From an uncultured Methanoregulaceae archaeon (GTDB lineage: Archaea > Halobacteriota > Methanomicrobia > Methanomicrobiales > Methanospirillaceae): 64,000 nucleotides of DNA. The stretch is taken from the NCBI GenBank assembly GCA_963737635.1, contig CAVTTL010000001.1, positions 448,001 through 512,000 of the forward strand, read 5' to 3'. Positions 52,103-60,258 of the stretch are shown in pieces. Made by a program: the position numbers and the translations under genes. The notes under the pieces are model-generated. The model ran no database searches and was not told the DNA's origin. It saw nothing but the letters and a program-made list of their open reading frames with translations. Positions within the stretch are counted from its first letter, which is position 1. The number at the start of each line of letters is the position of its first letter.

Positions 52103-52483
52103 ATGGTGTTAAAAACTCAAAAAAAGCCAAAAATAGCCCATGGAAAAGATCCCGCATCTCACGGAGCTACAGGTGCATCTTCAGAAATTCAGTCAGGTAA
52201 AACGGTGGAACAACTGATATACGAGCTGAAAAATGGCAGCAATGAAATTGTTCGTTCATCGGCCGCAGGTGCACTCGGAAATCTGAAAGCAGAAAAAGCA
52301 GTCGGGCCACTCATCCAGGCTCTCAAAGATCAACACGTGTACGTCAGGCATGGTGCTGCCTGGGCGCTTGGCGAAATAAAAGCAGAAAAAGCAGTCGGGG
52401 CGCTCAAAGAGGCATTGAACGATGCTGATGAAGTAACGAGAGGAAAAGCGACGGAGGCGTTGAGGAAAATCCAAGGAATGTAA
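52103..52483 (+). CDS. HEAT/PBS-lyase repeat protein (paralog 1)
   Basis: VR..AA.ALG....KAV..LI.AL.D repeats. Confidence 0.9.
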   Translation: MVLKTQKKPKIAHGKDPASHGATGASSEIQSGKTVEQLIYELKNGSNEIVRSSAAGALGNLKAEKAVGPLIQALKDQHVYVRHGAAWALGEIKAEKAVGALKEALNDADEVTRGKATEALRKIQGM

Positions 52484-52638
52484 TACGAAAATAATTCGGT
52501 CACTTAGTGAGGCTTGAAAAGGATTGAGAGGATAATTCATATTGTCGTGAAAGTCGCAAAAAATCCTCATTTATTTAATTCCCTCTGCAAAATCGCTCGC
52601 ATGAGCTAGACGAACATCCTGTTATCCAGAGACATCTT

Positions 52639-53532
52639 ATGGACCAAAAATCAGCCGATATCCCATCGGTCAACCCCTCAGAAGATTCCTGTTCCCACGA
52701 ATGCGCCGGCTGCCCTTCTGCAGGAGCCTGCCCTAGTGCAAAGGCCGCCTCCGCAGCAAAGGCGGATATTGACGTAAAGCACGTTATCCTGGTGCTTTCC
52801 GGGAAAGGAGGCGTCGGAAAGTCGACGATATCTGTGAACCTCGCCTATGCACTCTCTAGTCACGGCTATCAGGTCGGTCTTCTGGATCTCGATATCCATG
52901 GACCTAATATCCCGAAGATGCTGGGAATCGAGGATCACAGACTTACGATGCTTGGCAACAGGATCGAACCGGTCCACATCACCGGGTCCCTTTCTGTTAT
53001 ATCAATGGCACTCTTGATACCTGACACGAGCACGCCCATTATCTGGCGCGGACCGATGAAGATGGCGGCGATCAAACAATTCCTTACTGAAGTTAACTGG
53101 GGATCCCTGGACTATCTTGTCGTTGATCTCCCTCCTGGCACCGGTGATGAAGCGCTTACGATTTCGCAGCTTGCGCCAAACGTTCGTGGCGCAGTTATCG
53201 TGACTACACCCCAAGACGTAGCGACGCTTGATGCGAAAAAGGCCATAAAATTCGTGGAGCAGCTCGGGCTACCGGTGCTCGGCGTTATCGAAAACATGAG
53301 CGGAATGCTCTGCCCTCACTGCGGTCAGGAGATCGATCTTTTTGGAAAAGGTGGCGGCCAGAAGATCGCCGAAGAATTTTCTGTGCCTTTCCTTGGTTCC
53401 ATTCCCCTCGATATCGACATGCGTAAGGCCGGTGACGAGGGACGGCCCTTTATTGTCAGGCACGGTGACAGTCCTACGTGGGCAAGCATGGATAAGGTTA
53501 TGGAAGCACTCATAAAAACTATCGGGGAATAA
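52639..53532 (+). CDS. mrp: Mrp/NBP35 (ApbC) Fe-S cluster carrier ATPase
   Basis: N-terminal C...C..C.....C, SGKGGVGKS, WRGP, DLPPGTGD, ENMS..CPHC. Confidence 0.95.
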   Translation: MDQKSADIPSVNPSEDSCSHECAGCPSAGACPSAKAASAAKADIDVKHVILVLSGKGGVGKSTISVNLAYALSSHGYQVGLLDLDIHGPNIPKMLGIEDHRLTMLGNRIEPVHITGSLSVISMALLIPDTSTPIIWRGPMKMAAIKQFLTEVNWGSLDYLVVDLPPGTGDEALTISQLAPNVRGAVIVTTPQDVATLDAKKAIKFVEQLGLPVLGVIENMSGMLCPHCGQEIDLFGKGGGQKIAEEFSVPFLGSIPLDIDMRKAGDEGRPFIVRHGDSPTWASMDKVMEALIKTIGE

Positions 53533-53988
53533 AAAATCACGAGATTATAACCTACTCAATAAGATATGAGGAATCTCCTCCGCTGTATTTTAGAGTTTTT
53601 GCGAATATTCAGGAATAGTCCGGCGTGATCGCATACAATCCCCTCGCGTGGAAATAAGATAAATTCTCTGTTCGCGAATGTCCGGGAAAATACACCCATA
53701 TAAAGGGATATTTTTGTGAAAAGAATTATTTTAAGAGACAAAAACTGGAAATTGAAAGTAGGTTTTTTAGTTACTACTCGTATCAGGAGTATGGCGGTGG
53801 TACCAGACCGCCATTGCACCTAAGCCCCATACCAGAGAACTAATCCTCATAAACTGCCACTTTTTTCTCTGTCGGGAGAAGAGATCACCGGTTGAAATAA
53901 CCGGGGAGAGAAGGATTTCATGTATTGCAAAATGTGTATCATGATCTGCTTTTCAGGACAATCCCTTTTACGATCCCTACGCTATTCC

Positions 53989-54002
53989 TGACCTATAGGT
54001 CA
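53989..54002. promoter_or_regulatory. Perfect 14-bp palindrome upstream of HEAT paralog 2
   Basis: TGACCTATAGGTCA, about 50 nt before the ATG at 54054. Confidence 0.4.
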
Positions 54003-54053
54003 TTCCCGTTGTCAGTTGCTACTTCAGGCGGGTAGGATGAGGTTTGAAAGAGT

Positions 54054-54467
54054 ATGATAGTAAAAACTCAAAAGAAGCCAAAAATTCCCGTTCATGATAG
54101 TGTCGAAACCGCTCGAGTAGATAAAAAAATAGCTGCACATCTCCGGTCAGAAAAACTTGTCGAGCAAATGATTCAGAAGCTACGGTTTGACAGGGATGAA
54201 ATTGTCCGTTCCACCGCTGCCGGAGCGCTGGGACGCATCAAATCAGAAAAAGCAGTTGAGCCGCTTATCCATGCACTGAAAGACAATCATATTTATGTCC
54301 GCCATGTCGCTGCCTGGGCACTCGGCGAAATAGCGTCAGAAAAAGCAATCAATGCACTTAAGCAGACGGCATTGACCGATGATGACGAGTTAGCCCGGGG
54401 AAGGGCAACTGAAGCACTGTGGAAAATCCAGAGAAAAAGCAAAGTCAATGTCATTGAATTTTTGTAA
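54054..54467 (+). CDS. HEAT/PBS-lyase repeat protein (paralog 2)
   Basis: Same repeats as paralog 1, with a near-identical N-terminus. Confidence 0.9.
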   Translation: MIVKTQKKPKIPVHDSVETARVDKKIAAHLRSEKLVEQMIQKLRFDRDEIVRSTAAGALGRIKSEKAVEPLIHALKDNHIYVRHVAAWALGEIASEKAINALKQTALTDDDELARGRATEALWKIQRKSKVNVIEFL

Positions 54468-54607
54468 TACATTCATGACGGTGGATGGATCCAAAGATCG
54501 GGTAACTAGTGTATGTGTAATACGCCACGTATCCGGCTTATTGAACGACAAAAGATCGCCGGTAAGCAAAGCACACAATCCTACCTGTAAGAGGAGGTCG
54601 TGACCTT

Positions 54608-55796
54608 ATGGATATCTTCTTTGAACTTTCCGTCAGGAGTGTCCGGCTGAACTTCCTGCGCTCGGTTCTCGCCTCCGTCGGGATCGTGATCGGTGTCGTT
54701 GCCATCTCATCGATGGGAATGCTGGGAGCCAATTTGCAGCTCTCGGTGAAATCCCAGCTCTCGTCAGATGTTAATACCATTATCCTTACCTCCGACGTGG
54801 TAAAAATAAGCTCCGGCCTTGGGGCGGCCCCGCCTTCAAGTACCATTGACACGAGCACCCTCAATGATATCAAAGGATCTGTGGGACAGAACGAGGTGAT
54901 AACAATCCACCACACCAGTACCTGAGTTCAGTGTCGGTGACCAGAATGGTCGGGGAACGATCTATGGGCTTAACCCCATCGATGTGCCAAAATTCCTCAC
55001 TATAGCCGAGGGATCGAATATCCGGGGCAGTGACGTGCTAGTCGGTGCAACCCTTGCTAGCAATTTCAACCTCGTCGTCGGAAGCACGATAAAGATCGGA
55101 CAGAACTGTGCCACCATTACGCGACCGGTAGTTAGGGTAGCCGGGATCCTTCAGGCACGGGGCATCGCGGCTGACGGCGTCAATGTGGACAACGGGATCG
55201 TGGTTGACGATGTCTGGTATACAGACCACTTTGGCGGCCTGAACCAGTACGATCAGGTCAACGTGATTGTGGCGGACGTGGACACTATCAACCAGACCGA
55301 GGCGGCAATCAATGACAAAGTAAACAGGAACAGCGACGTGGTGCGGGTATCTGACGCCAGCTCCCGGTTGTCAACTATTTCAACCACCCTTGGGACGATT
55401 ACCACCTTTATCATTGCAATTGGAGGCATATCCCTAGTGGTTGCTGCGGTCAGCATCTTCAACGTCATGATGATGTCGGTCAAGGAGCGGATTCAGGAGA
55501 TCGGTATCCTACTCTCGATCGGGACGGAAAAAGGAGAAGTACGGAGGATGTTCCTGTACGAGGCGCTCATCTTAGGCATCATCGGTGCGGTGGCGGGCGG
55601 CATCATGAGTTTTATTATAGGCTACTCGGTGGTGAGCGCCATGGTCGGCAACACCCAGTACTTCTTTGCCCCGGGCAGCCTGATCTATATCCCCTACGGT
55701 ATGATCATCGGCGTGGTTGTCTGTGTGGTGTCCGGGATGTATCCCGCGTGGGCGGCGTCAAATATGGATCCCATTGATGCCTTGAGAAGTGAATAG
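54608..55796 (+). CDS. MacB/FtsX-type ABC transporter permease (frameshift ~54923)
   Basis: RSVLASVGIVIGV, ISLVVAAVSIFNVMMMSVKERIQEIG, YPAW.AS.MDPIDALR. Confidence 0.9.
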
Positions 55797-55813
55797 CCGG
55801 TTTTTCCTTCGTA

Positions 55814-56242
55814 TTATCCGGATCGTCTGAATACCATCTCTATCCGCTCGAAATCATCCTTCTGAATCTCGATCAGGCCGAAGCGGAATGCATACCCCCA
55901 CGATTTCTTATTCCGGATAAAGTGGAGATCCGGGATGAGCGGCTCGATCTTTACTTCTCCGGTGTACTGGTACTTCGCATTTCTCCGGAATGGCTTGAAA
56001 TCCGGCGACATTTCTACCTGTACAATGTCATTGTCTGCAACCGTTCCAAGAGCGGTAAACGCATGCAGAGATTCGTCTCCCCCATAGGCAACTTTCGGGG
56101 AATAGTAGATGATTGCATCTCCGGCATGCATTCTTGCAAGGCCGGTACGTTTTCCGTGCCCGGCCTGCACGAACCCTCCGGCAACGCCGAGCATCACGTG
56201 TTCTTTGGAGGTAACAACAATCCAGAACCGGCGATCTGTCAT
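55814..56242 (-). CDS. EVE domain protein
   Basis: FWIVVTSKEHV..G..GGF.Q.GHGK...L.RM..GD..IYYSP, WGY.FRFG..EI...DF..I. Confidence 0.9.
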   Translation of the reverse strand: MTDRRFWIVVTSKEHVMLGVAGGFVQAGHGKRTGLARMHAGDAIIYYSPKVAYGGDESLHAFTALGTVADNDIVQVEMSPDFKPFRRNAKYQYTGEVKIEPLIPDLHFIRNKKSWGYAFRFGLIEIQKDDFERIEMVFRRSG

Positions 56243-56252
56243 TGGGCGATCA

Positions 56253-57770
56253 TTATCCTCCTGCCTTAAATACCAGCCACTCATTTTTTCCGGCACGTTT
56301 GAACCGGACGAGGACATACGGGCCGTTCAGCCGTTCCCCATGGAGGTTAATCTCGATCTTATCATCACCCCAATGCACCGTGGTGTACCTGCCTTTATCC
56401 CAGATGCTGACCGTTCCTGCGCCATACTCTCCTTGGGGGATCGTTCCCTCAAAGGTCCCGTATTCAAGGGGGTGATCCTCAACCGCCACCGCAAGATGTT
56501 TCTCGCCGGGCGTTTCCGGTATTCCTTTTGGCACAGCCCAACTCTTCAGTACACCATCACGTTCCAGGCGCAGATCGTAATGGAGGTGACGTGCATGGTG
56601 TTCATGGATGACAAAATAATTCCCTTCACTTGCGTTCGCTGTTCCCTTCGGTTCTTTTGTCATAGAAAAATCCCTCCTCTCCTGATAATTCTTCAATAAC
56701 GATACGGCTGATTGCATTTTTTTCTCATCATTTGCGGTTCTTTCCGTTACGGGAGTACCGATTGTGGTGCCACTTTCTTCCAGCTGATCGAAGGTGCATT
56801 CCTCGGGTTTTTTGTCCAGCCGGATCCTGAGAAAACGAGGTATTCTTAGTTTTTTGTCCCTTGTGCTCTCCTGATATGCCACCTCGCAGACGAGCACGGG
56901 GTTCAGCCAGGTTACGTGGTCACTTTGGTCCGTTGCAACAAAGCTCGGGGTTTTTGTCACCAGGCTTGAAAACGTCTTCATAAGGTCCGCTTGATCGTGA
57001 ACCGAGAACCCGGTCCCGACTTTGCCGATATATACCAACGTTTTCCCTGTTGGATAAAGACCGGTTCCACCTGATCCCAAGGACTCGGTCTCGTTCCGGG
57101 TATCATACACCCCAAGCAGGAGAGCGCCAAACGAAGTCCCCCGTTTTCCCTGCCCCGCGGTATAACCGGCGATAACACAGTCGCAGGTCTTCTGCGCCTT
57201 TATCTTCAACCAGTTCACGCTCCGCAATCCCGGATCATACCGGCTATCCTTGCGTTTTGCCATGATACCTTCAAGTCCCTGTGCAACTGCAGCCCGGTAG
57301 TACTCTTCCCCTCTCGAATCAATGGGCCGGGACAAAACAACATGGGGACCTTCCTTTACGACTTGTTCGAGAATCTTTCTCCGGTCGGTAAACGTGAGGC
57401 TGGTCAATGGTTTCCCATCCTTTTCCAGAATATCGAAAACAATGTAGGTGACCAGGTTTGTTTTCTGGCCGGGCAAGGATCTTCCAGCTTTAGCCTGCAA
57501 ACGGGGGAAAAGGGACTGGATATCAGGTTTTCCCTTATACATGACGACAATTTCCCCATCGAGGACAGTGCCCGGGGCGAGGCCCGGAAGCACGCTCAGT
57601 TCCGGAAACTGCCCGGCCAGTTCATTACCGTTCCGGCTCCTGATGGACAGTGTGGCATTGACATAGGCAATGGCCCGGACACCGTCCCATTTGACCTCAA
57701 AAACCCAGTCATCGCCGCTGAAGGGACCGTGGGCGATTTTTGCAAGCATTGGCTGGTATCGGGCATTCAT
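56253..57770 (-). CDS. ligD: NHEJ ATP-dependent DNA ligase with C-terminal LigD 3'-phosphoesterase domain
   Basis: EVKWDG.R, LDGE, FDIL, EGIMAK, WLKIK, KVGTGF, LR.PRF...R.DK; PE motifs HEHHARHLHYDLRLE, SWAVPKG, VEDHPLEY. Confidence 0.93.
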   Translation of the reverse strand: MNARYQPMLAKIAHGPFSGDDWVFEVKWDGVRAIAYVNATLSIRSRNGNELAGQFPELSVLPGLAPGTVLDGEIVVMYKGKPDIQSLFPRLQAKAGRSLPGQKTNLVTYIVFDILEKDGKPLTSLTFTDRRKILEQVVKEGPHVVLSRPIDSRGEEYYRAAVAQGLEGIMAKRKDSRYDPGLRSVNWLKIKAQKTCDCVIAGYTAGQGKRGTSFGALLLGVYDTRNETESLGSGGTGLYPTGKTLVYIGKVGTGFSVHDQADLMKTFSSLVTKTPSFVATDQSDHVTWLNPVLVCEVAYQESTRDKKLRIPRFLRIRLDKKPEECTFDQLEESGTTIGTPVTERTANDEKKMQSAVSLLKNYQERRDFSMTKEPKGTANASEGNYFVIHEHHARHLHYDLRLERDGVLKSWAVPKGIPETPGEKHLAVAVEDHPLEYGTFEGTIPQGEYGAGTVSIWDKGRYTTVHWGDDKIEINLHGERLNGPYVLVRFKRAGKNEWLVFKAGG

Positions 57771-57795
57771 GGATGGTCAGTACCACCTGGTGAAA

Positions 57796-58827
57796 TCACT
57801 TAACGGCAAGGGTTGCAAGGGTTTCTTTGAGCGCCTGCATAAGCTCTTTTGCTTCTTCGAGATGGGGTTCTTCGTAAACGATCTTTTCCCCTGCAAGCTT
57901 CTGTTTGACGAGATCCATGACTGCCCTGTGATAGTGGTCTTGGTACTCGTCTATGGAAAAGTCCCCGGTCAACTGGTTGACTATCCGTTTTGCAAGGGCA
58001 ATCTCAGATTCCTTGGGGACCGGGAGATCGATAAGATTGGGAAATGCCTGCGGGGGAGTGACTTCTTCTGCGTACCTGAGAGTGGTAAGCACAAGCCCGC
58101 CCCGATAGAAATGCACGAGGACAGGATACTCTTTTGTCCGGAGGGTAATAGACCCGGCCGCTGCCATACTCAGATCCCGGAGCGTGGTTGCGAAAAGATT
58201 GTACGCTTCCTCGCTGCTATCCGGGGTAAGGACGTAGGACGTGTCAAAATACATTGGATCGAGGGAGAGATAATACACAAATTTCCCGATCCGGATCTTC
58301 CGGTCTGATTCCGGAGCGATCGCTTTGAGTTCCTCGTTTGTGAATACAATAAACTCCCCTTTCCTGACCTCATATCCTTTTACCGTGTCTTCCCAAGGGA
58401 CCACGCGACCGTCCCGGGAACAGACCCGGTTATATTTGAGCGGTTGTCCATCCTCCCGGTGGAGCAGCCGGAACGAAAACGACCTGTCCCTGACCATCGT
58501 GTTGAGGCGGACCGGAATATTGATAAGACCGATAGCTATTGCACCACTCCAGAAGGATCTTCCGGCCGCTCCCTGTGGCGGGGATCCGCCCGCATCGTGC
58601 TTTGTGGCTGCCGGAACGTGTTTTTTCTTTATATTCCCGGCCGTCCCGGAAAGAGAGGGAATCCCTTCGAGCGACGGAGCCTGAACAAGTTCAACCGGTC
58701 TAGGGCCGGAAACTCCTGATAGGGGATTTTTTTTGTGTCCGTCTGGTCCTGAGCCTTTGTTCTTGTCCGGTTTTTCGTGTGGCGATTTCCTATCTGTTGG
58801 ATCCCCCGATTGACTGCCGGTTTTCAA
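57796..58827 (-). CDS. ku: Ku protein (start uncertain, long N-terminal extension)
   Basis: RSFWSGAI.IGLINIPV, VKGYE, P.YFD.SY.L.P, LRYAEEV, Y.D.Y, LM.AL..TL. Confidence 0.95.
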   Translation of the reverse strand: MKTGSQSGDPTDRKSPHEKPDKNKGSGPDGHKKNPLSGVSGPRPVELVQAPSLEGIPSLSGTAGNIKKKHVPAATKHDAGGSPPQGAAGRSFWSGAIAIGLINIPVRLNTMVRDRSFSFRLLHREDGQPLKYNRVCSRDGRVVPWEDTVKGYEVRKGEFIVFTNEELKAIAPESDRKIRIGKFVYYLSLDPMYFDTSYVLTPDSSEEAYNLFATTLRDLSMAAAGSITLRTKEYPVLVHFYRGGLVLTTLRYAEEVTPPQAFPNLIDLPVPKESEIALAKRIVNQLTGDFSIDEYQDHYHRAVMDLVKQKLAGEKIVYEEPHLEEAKELMQALKETLATLAVK

Positions 58828-59677
58828 AGATGTCCCTCCACGGATCTTCTTGTGCTGGATTCAGTGTCCTGATATTAAAATCTTCGGGACGGACACCATG
58901 GTTCAGATCCTTCCAGTGAAGCGGTGTCGAGACCGTCGCGCCTGGACTTCCTCTCAGGCTGTATGGCGCAACCATCGTTTTCCCGTGAGCGTTCTGGAGA
59001 TAGTCGATGAAGATCGTTCCGGGATCCCGGGACATCGGGAACTCCGAGACGACATGAGGCACTTCCTGTGAAATTGCTTTGCCGATCTGGTGAACGAACT
59101 CCCGGACCTCGCCGAACCGGTACCCCGGTACAAGCGGGACTACGATATGGAGCCCCTTCTTTCCCGACGTTTTCACGTACGGCCGGATCCCATCGTTTTC
59201 CAGACGCTCGTGGACGATATGGGCGATATCAATGACCTCATCAAAGGGAACCGGGGGTTCGGGATCGATATCGAAGAGCAGGAGATCCGGGGATTCAAAG
59301 GCGGTTGTAGTGGAAAGAGTGGCGTGGATCTCCAGCGAGGCAAGGTTTGCCATCCAGATAAGGGTGTCGAGGTTGTTGCAGACGATAAAATGCACCTCGC
59401 GTTGTGCGGTCTTCGACCACCGGGTGAATATATCCACGTAATCCGGGGTTCCCCGGGGAGTATCCTTCTCATAGAAATCCTCGCCCCCGATACCTTCCGG
59501 GAACCGGTGCATGGTTAGTGGCCGGTTAAGGAGAACCGGGAGCATGAAGGGAGCATACCGGATGTAGTGGGTAATAACCTCTTCCTTGGTGATCCCTGCT
59601 GCCGGATACAATATTTTTTCCAAGTTGGTCAGCCGGACCTTCGAGAGATCATTAAACGATGTCCCGTTCTTTGGCAT
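58790..59677 (-). CDS. NHEJ polymerase (stand-alone LigD PolDom, AEP family)
   Basis: LTNLEKILYP, RFPEG, FYEK, LEIH, FDIDP, KTSGKKGLHI, IDYLQN, APYSLR. Confidence 0.95.
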   Translation of the reverse strand: MPKNGTSFNDLSKVRLTNLEKILYPAAGITKEEVITHYIRYAPFMLPVLLNRPLTMHRFPEGIGGEDFYEKDTPRGTPDYVDIFTRWSKTAQREVHFIVCNNLDTLIWMANLASLEIHATLSTTTAFESPDLLLFDIDPEPPVPFDEVIDIAHIVHERLENDGIRPYVKTSGKKGLHIVVPLVPGYRFGEVREFVHQIGKAISQEVPHVVSEFPMSRDPGTIFIDYLQNAHGKTMVAPYSLRGSPGATVSTPLHWKDLNHGVRPEDFNIRTLNPAQEDPWRDIFENRQSIGGSNR

Positions 59678-59717
59678 TGAAATGAGTTCCGGTTAGCGGG
59701 AGAAAATAATTTCCTTG

Positions 59718-59743
59718 TTAGCGATTGGAGTTTCACTCGCTAA
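59718..59743. promoter_or_regulatory. Imperfect palindrome upstream of the NHEJ operon
   Basis: TTAGCGA-N12-TCGCTAA, 40-65 nt upstream of the Pol ATG. Confidence 0.35.
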
Positions 59744-59786
59744 ATTGTTCAAATCCCATAAATGCATCAGCACCTTCTTCAATAAT

Positions 59787-60161
59787 TTATAGCCCGCGGT
59801 TTATCCAGAGGACGAGCGATACGCTAATGAACACAATGAAAAACGTGAACCGGTAAGCAGCTGCTAAGTTTATCGCCACCCCTGGTGGAGAGAGGAGAAA
59901 ACCGCATATGAGAAAAAGCAGAGTAACTACACAAACCGCGGGAATTGCATAGTACCTGGTTGACCAGTAAGCCAGAATGAGGGGAATGAAATAAAGGAGC
60001 CAGACCGGGTCACCAAGAGGAGTTATAGTGTCGATTAGATAGACTGCAAAGAAGATCAGAGCAACTACAATTACAAGACCTAGATCGGATGCAAGGTGTT
60101 TGAGTATCGGTGATACCGGGGCTTTATTATGACGTCGAGCGGGTAACATATCACATTCCAT
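59787..60161 (-). CDS. Small multi-TM membrane protein (sensor-like, D..TPLG motif)
   Basis: About four hydrophobic segments; IDTITPLG...LLYFIPL resembles the N-terminal modules of sensor kinases. Confidence 0.65.
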   Translation of the reverse strand: MECDMLPARRHNKAPVSPILKHLASDLGLVIVVALIFFAVYLIDTITPLGDPVWLLYFIPLILAYWSTRYYAIPAVCVVTLLFLICGFLLSPPGVAINLAAAYRFTFFIVFISVSLVLWINRGL

Positions 60162-60258
60162 CTAAAACGAAAACTGGCATATTCAAATATATCATAACTT
60201 TTCCAGACAATCTTAAAAAATTGTTGCTATTTTTGAATATATTTGAGAGCGATCAGGT

